From assembly GCA_965206595.1 (NCBI GenBank), contig OZ242214.1:640001-704000 (forward strand): DNA of 64,000 bases, written 5' to 3'. The position numbers and the translations under genes were made by a program. Numbering within the stretch: position 1 is the stretch's first letter; each line of letters starts with the position of its first letter. Source of the stretch: Candidatus Latescibacterota bacterium. GTDB taxonomy: Bacteria; Latescibacterota; UBA2968; UBA8231. Of the stretch, positions 49,324-59,615 are shown piece by piece. The notes beneath the pieces are model-generated. The model did no database searches. It was not told where the DNA came from and was given only the letters and a program-made list of their open reading frames with translations.

Positions 49324-50775
49324 TCAGACATTGTAGGAAGTCGACGCCGTAGTTCCCCCGCGGCCGGTCCAGTTGGTGTGGAAGAACTCGCCGCGGGGCC
49401 TGTCGACGCGCTCGTAGGTGTGGGCCCCAAAGTAATCCCGCTGCGCCTGCAGCAGGTTGGCCGGCAGGACCTCGCTGCGGTAGCCGTCGTAGTAGGCCAG
49501 GGCGCTGCCGAAGGCCGGCACCGGCACACCGAGCTGCACCGCGGCAGCGACCACCCGGCGCCAGGATTCCTGGCTCTCGGCGAGGGCCGCGGAGAAGTGG
49601 GGCGCCAGCAGAAGGTTGGCGAGGCCGGGGTCGGCGTCGAAGGCCTCCTTGATGCGCCCGAGGAAGCGCGCCCTGATGATGCAGCCGCCGCGCCACATGA
49701 AGGCGATGCTGCCGTAGTCGAGCGGCCATCCGTGCTCGGCCGCGGCCGCCCTGAGCAGCTGGAACCCCTGGGCGTAGGAGCAGATCTTGGAGGCGTACAG
49801 GGAGCGGCGCACGTCCTCGACGAAGGCGGCGGGGTCGCCGTCGAAGCCGCGGTCCGCGCCCTTGAGAACCGCGGCCGCCCCCACCCGTTCCTCCTTGAGA
49901 GCCGAGAGGCAGCGGGCGAAGACCGCCTCGGTGATGGTCGCCGCGGGCGCCCCGAGCTGCAGCGCCTCGATCCCCGTCCACTTGCCCGTCCCTTTCTGTC
50001 CGGCCGTGTCGAGGATGACGTCGACCATCGGCCGCCCGGTCTCCTCGTCGGTGCGCGCCAGGATGTCGCCGGTGATCTCGATCAGGTAGCTGTCGAGCTC
50101 GCCCTGGTTCCACTGGCGGAAGACGGCGCTCATCTCCTGCGGGCTCATCCCGCAGACCCGGCGCAGCAGCGAGTAGGCCTCGCAGATCAGCTGCATGTCG
50201 CCGTACTCGATGCCGTTGTGGATCATCTTGACGTAGTGGCCGGCCCCGTCCGGGCCGATCCAGTCGCAGCAGGGGGAGCCGTCGTCGACCTTGGCGGCGA
50301 TGGCGCGGAAGATCTCCCTGACGTGCGGCCACGCCTCCTCGTTTCCCCCCGGCATGATGCTCGGCCCCTTGAGAGCCCCCTCCTCGCCGCCGGACACCCC
50401 GGTGCCGATGTAGAGGATTCCCTTCCGCGCGAGGTCGCGGGTCCGCCGCGTCGTGTCCCCGAAGTTGGAGTTGCCGCCGTCGATCAGGATGTCCCCCTTG
50501 TCGAGCAGGGGAAGGAACTCGGCGATCACCCTGTCGACCGCGGCCCCGGCCTGCACCATCAGCATGACGCGGCGGGGGCGCGCGAGTCGGGAGACCAGTT
50601 CCGCGGGAAAGCGGGCGCCGAGGATCGGCAGGCCCTTCGCCCTGCCTTCGAGGAAGGCGTCGACCTTGGAGGTGGTGCGGTTGTACACGGCCACGGTGAA
50701 GCCGCGGCCGGCCATGTTCAGCACCAGGTTTTCCCCCATCACCGCCAGTCCTACGAGACCGATATCCGCCTGCAT
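49324..50775 (-). CDS. gndA: 6-phosphogluconate dehydrogenase, NADP-dependent, decarboxylating
   Basis: Motifs [45 protein letters not shown] and [10 protein letters not shown]. Confidence 0.97.
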   Translation of the reverse strand: MQADIGLVGLAVMGENLVLNMAGRGFTVAVYNRTTSKVDAFLEGRAKGLPILGARFPAELVSRLARPRRVMLMVQAGAAVDRVIAEFLPLLDKGDILIDGGNSNFGDTTRRTRDLARKGILYIGTGVSGGEEGALKGPSIMPGGNEEAWPHVREIFRAIAAKVDDGSPCCDWIGPDGAGHYVKMIHNGIEYGDMQLICEAYSLLRRVCGMSPQEMSAVFRQWNQGELDSYLIEITGDILARTDEETGRPMVDVILDTAGQKGTGKWTGIEALQLGAPAATITEAVFARCLSALKEERVGAAAVLKGADRGFDGDPAAFVEDVRRSLYASKICSYAQGFQLLRAAAAEHGWPLDYGSIAFMWRGGCIIRARFLGRIKEAFDADPGLANLLLAPHFSAALAESQESWRRVVAAAVQLGVPVPAFGSALAYYDGYRSEVLPANLLQAQRDYFGAHTYERVDRPRGEFFHTNWTGRGGTTASTSYNV

Positions 50776-51068
50776 CCGCTTTCCTTTCTGTTCATCCATT
50801 CTGTCATCAATCCGGCTCTTCATTTTGTCTGGGCGCGTAAGTAAGCGTACGAACGAGGGCGAGGACCAACTATGTCCTTTCGCCTATGCGCCCGGCTGGC
50901 AAGGCGCCTGAGCGAGCCGTACCGGGGGTGTACGGGGAGCGAAGGCAACGCGGCGAAACGGGATACAGCGGCGACCGGATTCGCGCGGATTGCGCGCCCA
51001 GGCACCAGGTTGACGGGTTCCCCCTGGAGTTGCGCTAACCCGCCGCGGCTACCGGTCCTCCCGGCCCC

Positions 51069-52208
51069 TCACGGCTCGAGATGCCAGAACAACCCGTTGA
51101 CCGCCAGTTCATCCCCCCCGCCGGGATACCAGCCGTACGCGGTGAGAAAATGGCGCGGCTCGAACTCGATGGTCGGGGTCGTGAAGGAATGGCCCGGGGG
51201 ATCGGGCACGAGCACGAACTTCCGCGCGGCGAGCAGCTCGGCGGTGCCCTCGGCGCTGCCGTCCTGCCAGGTGCCGGCCCCGTCCAGGCTGACGCGGGCG
51301 ACGACGCTGCGGTCCCGGTACCCGCCCGAGTGCGTGATTACGACGGTACGGCTGGGAGCGAAACAAACATTCCCGCGGTGTCCATACCAGTTGGTCCACC
51401 CCGCCGCCGCGAAGGTGCGGCCGGCGTCGCTCGATTCGAAAAGGACGCCCTGTTTGATCGCCGGCCCGGGATTCCCCGTCCTCGCCAGGAACTCGTCCGG
51501 GTCCTCGTTGGGTACGGAGGCCCGCTGGCAGCGCGCCATCAGCAGGATGCGCTCCCCGTCGCCGGGATCGACGGCGAGGTTGGACTCGTGGGGGTTGAGA
51601 AAGGGATCGACCCGGGAGGCATCCCCCCAGGTACGGCCGCGGTCGCTGCTGCGCAGGATCAGATCCCCGAAGAGGTCTCCGGGCCGCCCGCCGTACGCCT
51701 CTTGGGAAGCAGAAGGGAAGCGGTCAGCGTAAGCGGGGGCGGGAACGACCGTCGTCGAAAACATCAGGGTGCCGTCGGGCAACTCGACGAAGGTGCGGTT
51801 TCCGTCTTCGTGAAAGCAGAGGTTGGGAATGCCGGGCGGGATTGTGCTGAAGTCGGTGGCCGACCGCTGCCAGGTGACCCCCCCGTCCGCCGAGTGCGAG
51901 ACGTGGAGGTCCTGGCCGTACAGCCCTCCGGGGTACTCACGGTCGGAGCTGTGGCTCAGCCACAGGCGGCCGTCCCGGCCGGTGCCGATGCCGTGCAGAA
52001 CCTGCGGGTGGGCGAGATCCGGCATCTCCACCGGGACCGGGGTCCACGAACGGCCCCGGTCCGCGCTCCGGTAAAGGGGGCCGGTCTGGGTGTTGAGGTA
52101 GACGGCGCCATCCGGGTGCCGGGCCATGCTCATCATCGACCGCTTCAGAACCCCGGGCGGGACTATCTCGACTTCGCCGTCGAGGACGACGGCAACCGGG
52201 CCGTTCAC
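51069..52208 (-). CDS. BNR/Asp-box (sialidase-fold) protein
   Basis: Five Asp boxes (SADRGRSW, SADGGVTW, SSDRGRTW, SSDAGRTF, SLDGAGTW). GTG start after AGAGGAG. Confidence 0.85.
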   Translation of the reverse strand: MNGPVAVVLDGEVEIVPPGVLKRSMMSMARHPDGAVYLNTQTGPLYRSADRGRSWTPVPVEMPDLAHPQVLHGIGTGRDGRLWLSHSSDREYPGGLYGQDLHVSHSADGGVTWQRSATDFSTIPPGIPNLCFHEDGNRTFVELPDGTLMFSTTVVPAPAYADRFPSASQEAYGGRPGDLFGDLILRSSDRGRTWGDASRVDPFLNPHESNLAVDPGDGERILLMARCQRASVPNEDPDEFLARTGNPGPAIKQGVLFESSDAGRTFAAAGWTNWYGHRGNVCFAPSRTVVITHSGGYRDRSVVARVSLDGAGTWQDGSAEGTAELLAARKFVLVPDPPGHSFTTPTIEFEPRHFLTAYGWYPGGGDELAVNGLFWHLEP

Positions 52209-52523
52209 TTCTCCTCTTCTCTCATTCGATGGCGCGGGTACGTCCCTCACCGTGCCGCTTGTTCGGGTTCGTTCCTGGAATGGGGAATCAAATCCCCCTG
52301 GCCCCAGCCCGTTTTCCGGGGCGGAACCGGTGCGGGTTAATACTTGGAAGGGGGATCAACCCCCCTTGGCTCCAGACCACTTTCCGGTGGGCCGGGAACG
52401 GAGGGAAAGGACGCTGTTTCACAGGGCGGGTGCGAGCCGCGGTCAGGGCGCAACCGGCTCTTCGGGCACCCCGGTAGCCATTCGGTTACCTTGCCGGGAA
52501 AGAGCGCGAAAGGACGCGACACG

Positions 52524-52966
52524 ATGAAGACGATCCTGTTTCTCGACGACTGGATGCTCGATTCCAAACGCAACATCGCGCGGCGGTTCTGCAACCCCGA
52601 ACTGCTCGCCGCCGAACTCACGCTCGAAGGCTCCGCCGCGGGCGCAGAGGAGCTGGCCGGGCAGACCTCGGTATATCCGAACTACCTCCGGGATCCGGCA
52701 GCCGCTCATACCGCGGCGGCCGCTGGGCGAGTTCGGCAGCGAGCAGCTCTACACCTCGTCGATGGTGGAGACGGCGGACGGCTCGCTGCGGTTCTACACC
52801 CTCGGGGACATCGGCGAGCACGGTGAGCTGGAAGGAAGGCCGGGGGCTGGAGGAGTTCACGGGAAAGCCGGTGCGCCTGGAGTTCCAGCTTTTCCAGGCG
52901 CAGGTGTACGCCCTGCACTGGGACTTCCGGATCCGCTACGGCGACCCGATCATCGAGAAGATCTGA
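52524..52966 (+). pseudogene. Internally deleted paralogue of the 44692-46131 propeller protein
   Basis: Retains the N-terminus LFLDDW, a middle piece GSLRFYTLG..GEHG and the C-terminus LEEFTGKPVRLEF...VYALHWDF in different frames within about 440 bp. Confidence 0.7.
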
Positions 52967-53064
52967 TCCGGACGGGGGCGGCCGTCGGTTCATCCGAGAG
53001 GAAGAAGCAGCCCCCCCAAATCCCGGGCCCCGGGCGCGCAACCCTGGTCGGGGAAACGGCAGCC

Positions 53065-53264
53065 CAGTCGGCATCGACCTCGGGGTCGTCGAGCAGGTCG
53101 CGGTAGTCGGTGTACGACTTCGCCGCCCCCCATGGCGCGGCGCGCTCGCGGGCGCGTTCCCCGTCGACATCGCAGACGGCGCTAAGCTCGGCGTTGGCGT
53201 ACCCGAGGGCGTGAAGCCTGGCGATGTTGCCGGCCCCGATGATGCCGACGCGGACCTTGCTCAT
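53065..53264 (-). pseudogene. Gfo/Idh/MocA oxidoreductase, N-terminal fragment only
   Basis: Reads VGIIGAGNIA..H...AVCD...YTDYRDLLDDPEVDA, after which similarity is lost. Confidence 0.8.
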
Positions 53265-53282
53265 GCCGGCGTCAGGGCGCCC

Positions 53283-54071
53283 TCAAACGAGGTACTCCCC
53301 CGGTATGCGCGAACCCTCGTACTCCGCCTCGGGACCCCGGTTCGCGATGACCTCGGGGATCTCCCCCTCCCAGTTCTCCGGCACGGTCAGCGGCCGGCGG
53401 TGCCAGGCCAGGATCAGGGTGCGGCGCACGTCGGTCAGGTTGCGGTGCGCCGAGTGCAGGAGGCGGGCGTCGGCTATGGTAAGCGACCCGGCCTTCACCA
53501 TCACGTCCAACTGGTCGGGGTGGTCGCTGAACATGACCGGGTGGTCCTCGTCGATGAAGCGGGCCCCCTTCTCGTGGGCCGGAACCAGCTGGTCGTGCAG
53601 CTCGTGGCGCCGCAGGTGCGACCCGGGGATCACCTTGAGGCAGCCGTTCTCGACCGAGGTGTCGGACAGGTAGTACGACAGGAACACGATCTGCGGCCAC
53701 GGGGAGCAGCTGAACGGGTCGTTCCACTGCATCCAGTCCTGGTGCCAGTAGAGGGCCGGCTCCCCGGGATCCTTGGTCAGGATGATGATTCCCCCGGTGC
53801 TCTCGAAGTCGCCGAAGCCGAGCTGCTCCAGCACCCGGCGCGAGGCCGGCCACTCGAGCAGCCGCCGTATCACCTCGTTGTCGCTGCCCTGGGCGACGAC
53901 GTGCTGCCCCTGGTAGCGGAACTCCTCGGCCATGACGTGGTGCTCCATCAGCCGGTCCGACTCGTCGCGCAGCTCCTGCAGGAATTCATCCGTCAGCACA
54001 TCGTCTACCACGCAGCAGCCATCGCGTATCATCTGCCGGCGCTTCGCCGCGGCCTCTTCCGGTGTCATCAT
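53283..54071 (-). CDS. Phytanoyl-CoA dioxygenase (PhyH) family protein
   Basis: Fe triad WHQD...LLHSA, plus NGCLKVIPGSH and RR. Confidence 0.92.
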   Translation of the reverse strand: MMTPEEAAAKRRQMIRDGCCVVDDVLTDEFLQELRDESDRLMEHHVMAEEFRYQGQHVVAQGSDNEVIRRLLEWPASRRVLEQLGFGDFESTGGIIILTKDPGEPALYWHQDWMQWNDPFSCSPWPQIVFLSYYLSDTSVENGCLKVIPGSHLRRHELHDQLVPAHEKGARFIDEDHPVMFSDHPDQLDVMVKAGSLTIADARLLHSAHRNLTDVRRTLILAWHRRPLTVPENWEGEIPEVIANRGPEAEYEGSRIPGEYLV

Positions 54072-54195
54072 CAAGCTCTCCTTCCCGGTTCGGTTTCGGG
54101 GGCTCAAAATCGCCATTTGCAGCGGCGCAAACCAGCGGGGATATTTGCCGCATCAGACCCCCGAAAACCTCCACTCGACACCGGAGAAACCCGTC

Positions 54196-55833
54196 ATGCC
54201 CTCTTCCCGGACCGAGGCCGTCCTGCTCGACGACGAGCAGATGCGCGGCTACATCGCCAACGGCTACATCAAGATCGACCTCTCCGTGCCCGCGGAGGTG
54301 CACGAGGCGATCGCCGTCAAGCTCGACCGCATGCTCGAGCTGGGACCGAACCTCGGCAACAACCTGCTGCCCCATACCCCGGAGTTCCGCCACGTCCTCA
54401 ATTGCCCGGAGGTGCGCGGGGCGCTGAGCAGCCTGCTGGGACCCGACTACATCGAGCACCCGCACCGGTACTGCCACAACATGGCCCCCTTCGACGAGGC
54501 CCCCGAGGACATCGCCGCGGCGGTCGGCCAGCGCTGCCACCAGGATTCGTACACGCCGATGTCGCGGCCGCGGCAGCACTATCCCCGCTACGCCCGCATC
54601 ATCTACTACCCCCGGGCGACGCCGGAGAAGCACGGGCCGACGCACGTCACCCCGGGCTCGCAGTTCCACAAGACGGTCACCGGCGAGGACCGCGCCGCGG
54701 CCCTCCCGATGGCGGGGCCGGCCGGCTCCCTGTGGATCACCCACTTCGACGTCATCCACGGCGCCGGGATCAACCTGTCGGACCGGACGCGGAACATGAT
54801 CAAGTTCATCTACCTGCGCCGCGGCGGGCTGAAGGGTCCTGCCTGGAAGTGCCAGGACCTCCAGTGGAAGAGCCCCGAGAACCTCCAGGCGCCGTGGGAT
54901 CTCGAGGTCGCCTGGTCGCACATGTGGGACTGGATGTGCGGCAAGGAGGACCGCTGGGACAGCTTCCGGTCCGCCCACGGAAACGTGAACGGCAACGGCG
55001 AGGACCTGGCCGCGGCCCTGGAAGGGGACCGGCCCACCGCCGAGATGCTGGCCGTTATCCACCGGGCCGCGGCCCTGGGACCGCGCGCCGCCGGTGCGGT
55101 GCCGGCCCTGATCGGGCTCCTCAACGGGGGGCACCAGGCCGTGCGCGCCGCGGCCACCTACGCGCTGGGCGCCATCGGGGAGCCCGCGGTGCCCGGGCTG
55201 GTTTCGAGACTGGAAGAGGCCGGACGCCGCGGCTGGGTCGAGGGGGAACCGGCGACCTGGGGAGAGGGAACCGTGCAGATGATGGACGAGGCCCACGCCC
55301 TCGGGGCCGCCGGCAAGCCCGCGATCGCCGCGCTGACCGGGCTGCTCGAGTCCGCGGGGGAGTGGGGACGGATCAACGCCGCCTTCGCCCTCGGGGAGAT
55401 GGACTCGAGGGCGGCCGAGGCGGTGCCGGCCCTGAGCCGCTGCCTCGAGGACGACTCGCACCGCATCGTGCGCACCGCAATCGACGCCCTCGGAATGATC
55501 GGGGAGGACCCCGGCCGCTACCTGCCGCGCCTGCGCCGGTTCCTCGTCGAGACCCGCCCCGACTGGGGGGAGGTGCTGACCGGAAAGCGGGCCTGGATCG
55601 CCCGCGACCAGGTGCGCGTCAACGCCGCCACCGCCATGGCGCGCCTGGGGGCGCAGGCCGGCTCGGCCGAGGAGGAGCTGGTGCAGGCGCTCGACGACCC
55701 GTGCGGCTACGTCGGCCTGATGGCGACCGACGCCCTGCGCCAACTCGAATCGCCGAGCGCCAGCCAGGCGGTGACCGATCTCGTCATGGCCCAGCGCTGG
55801 GACTCGTCGCTGTACCCCGAGCGGCCCTGGTAG
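54196..55833 (+). CDS. PhyH-family dioxygenase fused to HEAT repeats
   Basis: Motifs CHQD, GPT.V.PGSQ, VIHGA and R.M.KF, then repeats of the VR.AA.YALG type. Confidence 0.9.
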   Translation: MPSSRTEAVLLDDEQMRGYIANGYIKIDLSVPAEVHEAIAVKLDRMLELGPNLGNNLLPHTPEFRHVLNCPEVRGALSSLLGPDYIEHPHRYCHNMAPFDEAPEDIAAAVGQRCHQDSYTPMSRPRQHYPRYARIIYYPRATPEKHGPTHVTPGSQFHKTVTGEDRAAALPMAGPAGSLWITHFDVIHGAGINLSDRTRNMIKFIYLRRGGLKGPAWKCQDLQWKSPENLQAPWDLEVAWSHMWDWMCGKEDRWDSFRSAHGNVNGNGEDLAAALEGDRPTAEMLAVIHRAAALGPRAAGAVPALIGLLNGGHQAVRAAATYALGAIGEPAVPGLVSRLEEAGRRGWVEGEPATWGEGTVQMMDEAHALGAAGKPAIAALTGLLESAGEWGRINAAFALGEMDSRAAEAVPALSRCLEDDSHRIVRTAIDALGMIGEDPGRYLPRLRRFLVETRPDWGEVLTGKRAWIARDQVRVNAATAMARLGAQAGSAEEELVQALDDPCGYVGLMATDALRQLESPSASQAVTDLVMAQRWDSSLYPERPW

Positions 55834-55849
55834 GCGGGCGGAGGCCGAA

Positions 55850-56668
55850 ATGCAGCTCGACGACAGCCACTACGAGGCCTTCATGGAGCAGGGGTACGTG
55901 GTGGTCGAGGGGTTCTACCCCGAGGAGATGCGGGCCCGCATAGCCGCCCTGCTCCGCCGCATCATGCCCCCGTGGGAGAAGATCAGACAGAACCCGCCCG
56001 AGGGGGGCATGCTCAGGGACGACTTCCCGTACGAGGAGCAGTACTTCAACCACCTCATCCTCGACCCCGACCTGATCGCCTTCGTGCGGCGGGTGCTCGA
56101 CGCGGAGAAGATCCACTTCCGCTACGCCCACAACTGGACCCGCTACCCCAACGGCCCGAAGGATCCCCGCCTGCACCGCGACAACGGCAACAACTCGCTG
56201 CTGCCGCCGTGCGGCGACGTCCGCTACGGGCAGATCAGCTCATGGTACTTCCCCGAGGACGTGCCGGAGGATCAGGCGCCGATGATGGTCATCCCCAAGC
56301 AGTTCGGGGACGACGCGGCCAAGGGAGTGCAGCTGGCGGTGCCGGGGGGGACGCAGATGATCTTCAACACCTACCTGTGGCACTCGGCCACCCCGTTCAT
56401 GGCGAGCGAGGGGCAGCGCTACTCGGTGACCCGGATCTACGGCCGCGCCGACCATTACTGGGAAGGGGTCCGCAGCTACACCAACCTGGGGTCGGCGGAG
56501 CATTTCCGGGAGTTCATCGGCTCGATCAGTGCCGAGCAGCGGGAGCTGTTCCGGTTTCCCCCGGTGGGGCATTCGTACTACAACGGGGAGACCCTGGCTG
56601 CGCTGGAGGAGCACTACCCGGGGTGGAACGCGGGCGGGGAGTACGCAGAAAGGGGCAACCAAAATTAG
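55850..56668 (+). CDS. PhyH-family dioxygenase
   Basis: Motifs F.EQGYVVVE, LHRD, LWHSAT and RYS. Confidence 0.85.
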   Translation: MQLDDSHYEAFMEQGYVVVEGFYPEEMRARIAALLRRIMPPWEKIRQNPPEGGMLRDDFPYEEQYFNHLILDPDLIAFVRRVLDAEKIHFRYAHNWTRYPNGPKDPRLHRDNGNNSLLPPCGDVRYGQISSWYFPEDVPEDQAPMMVIPKQFGDDAAKGVQLAVPGGTQMIFNTYLWHSATPFMASEGQRYSVTRIYGRADHYWEGVRSYTNLGSAEHFREFIGSISAEQRELFRFPPVGHSYYNGETLAALEEHYPGWNAGGEYAERGNQN

Positions 56669-56733
56669 AATTGGCAATTTGGGAAAGTGGAAATTTGTGG
56701 AGTGATCGATCATGAAATTGAGAAAAGTCAGTT

Positions 56734-57774
56734 ATGAAATATTGGTGGACTACAGGCGAGTACGCTCAACGGCAGATACGCCGTCGGGTTAAATTTGACC
56801 GTCGCGCGCGGCATGCACGAAAAAAGAAAACCAGGTTACTTCACCGACCGCCCCGATCACGACCCAGACGGTCAGGCCAAAAGGAGCTATCGCTGCCTGC
56901 ACCCAAAGAGCTTAGCCTAACAAAGAAACCCAGCGAAACTCTTGAGTACTGCGAGGTATTGCGCAAAAACCTTAACGGACGGGGGAATAGGATTTTCTTG
57001 GATCTTGGCAACGTCGAATATTTCACCAGTGATGCACTCCTTCTAATTCGAGCCATCCTTTTGAGTCCCCGTGCTCAAAACCGGTATGTCGGGGGAAATT
57101 TACCGGGTGATCCGATCGTTGCTTCGGAATTCAAGGCATCTGGTTTTTTCCATGGGTTTGAGCAGCCACCAAGTGGTCTTCCACCGGCGAGAGGACTAAT
57201 GTTGAACAAATCAGAAGACACCGTGATCGCAAGAATGGCTGGGGAATTAGTAGACTTCGCAAAGGAACACGTGGTTATGACTAGGGAATGCAAAAATGCT
57301 TGTTTTCAGACCTTGGTGGAGGTTATGACAAACACTCACGACCACGCTGGGAACAGGACATTCATAAAAAAAATGCAACTGGGTAAACGCCTAAAATGGT
57401 TTGTCTGTGTTTACTGCTTAGAAGGAACTGCCTACTTTACCTTTGCCGACCTTGGCATTGGGATTCTAAATAGCGCTCCAGCAAGGACGTTTTTACAGAG
57501 ATCAGGTGCTTCGATTTCTTCGTATGGTCGAATCAGATTATTAAAAGAAGCCTTTGAGGGAAGAATCGGCTCTGTCACGGGCAATCCAGGCAGGGGACTT
57601 GGACTTCCCAGAATGAAACAGGATGCAGAGAAAGGTAGGTTATCCGATCTAATTGTATTAACGTCTGACGTAGTCGGCTCTGTTTCTGACCTTAATTTCA
57701 GGGCCATTTCTCAACCTCTACGCGGCACATTGTTTCATTGGTGTTCCAGACCGAAGGAGTTGAATTATGAGTGA
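56734..57774 (+). CDS. STAS-like domain plus HATPase (anti-sigma kinase-like) protein
   Basis: STAS-like FLDLGNVEYFTSDALL, then GHKL boxes EVMTNTHDHA (N), DLGIGI (G1), GRGLGL (G2) and GT. Confidence 0.8.
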   Translation: MKYWWTTGEYAQRQIRRRVKFDRRARHARKKKTRLLHRPPRSRPRRSGQKELSLPAPKELSLTKKPSETLEYCEVLRKNLNGRGNRIFLDLGNVEYFTSDALLLIRAILLSPRAQNRYVGGNLPGDPIVASEFKASGFFHGFEQPPSGLPPARGLMLNKSEDTVIARMAGELVDFAKEHVVMTRECKNACFQTLVEVMTNTHDHAGNRTFIKKMQLGKRLKWFVCVYCLEGTAYFTFADLGIGILNSAPARTFLQRSGASISSYGRIRLLKEAFEGRIGSVTGNPGRGLGLPRMKQDAEKGRLSDLIVLTSDVVGSVSDLNFRAISQPLRGTLFHWCSRPKELNYE

Positions 57775-58129
57775 AATAATTGAAATCGAGATAGCCAAAG
57801 AGTTCACGGAATTTCCAGGCCCGCGTTACAAGCATCAGGGCAAGGGTTCTGGCCAGGAGTTTCTTGAAAATTTTTTACTTCCTGCTTTCGAGAAGGCAAA
57901 AAAAACCGGGAAACAGGTGACCATAAAACTTGATGGTGTTAAGTACGGTTACCCGACTTCGTTTCTAGAAGAAGCGTTTGGGGGGCTTGCCAGAAAATAC
58001 GAGATAGGGAAAGTTCTGGAAATTCTAATCTTTGAATCAACAGCTGAACCCATGCTCGATTTCGAAATTCGCCATTACATCAAGCATGCAAGGAAAACGC
58101 CAGGGACAAGTTTCAGGAGTGAAAAATGA
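57767..58129 (+). CDS. STAS-like DUF4325 protein
   Basis: Motifs FPGPRY...SGQEF, LDGV.YGYPTSFLEEAFGGL. Overlaps both neighbouring genes. Confidence 0.85.
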   Translation: MSEIIEIEIAKEFTEFPGPRYKHQGKGSGQEFLENFLLPAFEKAKKTGKQVTIKLDGVKYGYPTSFLEEAFGGLARKYEIGKVLEILIFESTAEPMLDFEIRHYIKHARKTPGTSFRSEK

Positions 58130-58659
58130 AAAACCCTAAAAATATCCTTTTCATAGTTTGCGTGGTTATCATCTGTGCAATTTCCATGTCGTTAGTTCCG
58201 CGGCCCCATAAATTTTTGCCGGCATTTTTAAATGCGGGCACAACCGTTGTGGTTGGATGGTGGATTCATAGCGCCGTGCGCCGCAGGGGTGAACTTGAGC
58301 GAGTTCCGATCGACTACTTGGCTAATCTATATCGACGAATTGACGAGTTAACTACAGTGTGTCTAGAAGCTACAGAACAGGACTCGGAACGCTTAGTTGA
58401 ATTTCGTCGGCTTTCAAATGAGATCCATTGGTTGTGCATTATTGCGGGAAGGATGCAACCCAACTTGGGACGAGTGGGGGATAAACTTGGTTCGCATTAT
58501 GTGGATTTCAAGAGGTACCTGACCGAGAGTGATTCGCCCGATTTAGTATGGGCCTCGAAAGCAAGTCAGGAATTACGTTTAACCGCCTTAAACCTTCAAT
58601 GGAAAATGTGCCAGCATATCCTAGATCGGAAAACAGCTACCGACCTTTTTGAACATTAA
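58126..58659 (+). CDS. Hypothetical membrane protein (2 N-terminal hydrophobic segments)
   Basis: ATGA overlap with the DUF4325 gene; TM helices followed by a helical domain. Confidence 0.75.
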   Translation: MKNPKNILFIVCVVIICAISMSLVPRPHKFLPAFLNAGTTVVVGWWIHSAVRRRGELERVPIDYLANLYRRIDELTTVCLEATEQDSERLVEFRRLSNEIHWLCIIAGRMQPNLGRVGDKLGSHYVDFKRYLTESDSPDLVWASKASQELRLTALNLQWKMCQHILDRKTATDLFEH

Positions 58660-58831
58660 CAATGCTTTGAAGCTTAATTAAATTATCCAAGTTTAATACA
58701 TGGAGAAATCGTTACTTAATATGGAAAGATCTGTTGGATTTCTTGGAGGAATATATGCTGTATAAACAAGGATATGTGGATATGTACCACACATCGCCGG
58801 CCGACCAGTCGATCCGGTTTTGTAGTGTCAT

Positions 58832-59615
58832 ATGAACCAGAAGATTTTGCTGGAACAATTGCAGGCAGCGGCTGTTGAGTCCAATTCCGATCTAGGGGAA
58901 GTCCTTCGAAAATGCAAGCTCCTCGCTGCTAGGCTGAAAAGTCCGGAATTAGAAAATTGGTTATTGTGGGAGTCGAACGGATACCCAGATGACGCCGATC
59001 TACCGGACTACCGGGTTTGGCCTGTGGAAGTGAAGGGTCACTTTGTCGGACCCTTTGGCACTGGAATTCCCAACGCAACTGTTCCAGAAATCACCATTCC
59101 AGAAGTGCACCGAGAGGCTGCAACTAGATATGAATGTCGTCAAAGCGTAGCAACAATTTCCTCGCTTCTGGCAGATCTCGAGGGCGGTACGTTTCATAGT
59201 AGGAAAAGGAAATCTGGCAGTCATTTTAGGGGACAAGGTTTTTAATGGGCAGAACTGCATCAAAGCCCGGGGCGAATTTGGGAAGTCCCATTTCACCGAG
59301 ATTTTAAACAGTGTACGAAACCGTATTCTGGATTTTGTTTTAGCCATCGAGAGAGAATATGGTGTCGGGGCAAACATGGAAAATTCGGCAACAATAGACC
59401 CACACAAGGTTACTCAGATATTTAATGCCACTGTTTACGGAGGTGCAGCGAATATTGTTGGAATTTCCCGTGGTACAGGTGTATTTCAGGGACTGGGTTC
59501 CGGAGACCTGGACGCGCTCAGTGAAGTGCTGGCATCATCTGGAGTACCAACACAGGACCTCGCGGAATTACGCAAAGCCATTGAGGCTGATCCGGCGCCG
59601 GAGGACGCTAACGGG
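58832..59615 (+). pseudogene. AbiTii-domain protein, frameshifted at about 59192 and 3'-truncated
   Basis: Reads LRKCKLLAARL....LENW...E.NGY.....LPDYR. The next frame continues ILNSVRNRILDFVLAIE...QIFNATVYG...ELRKAIEAD and runs into antisense YWTD sequence. Confidence 0.8.
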
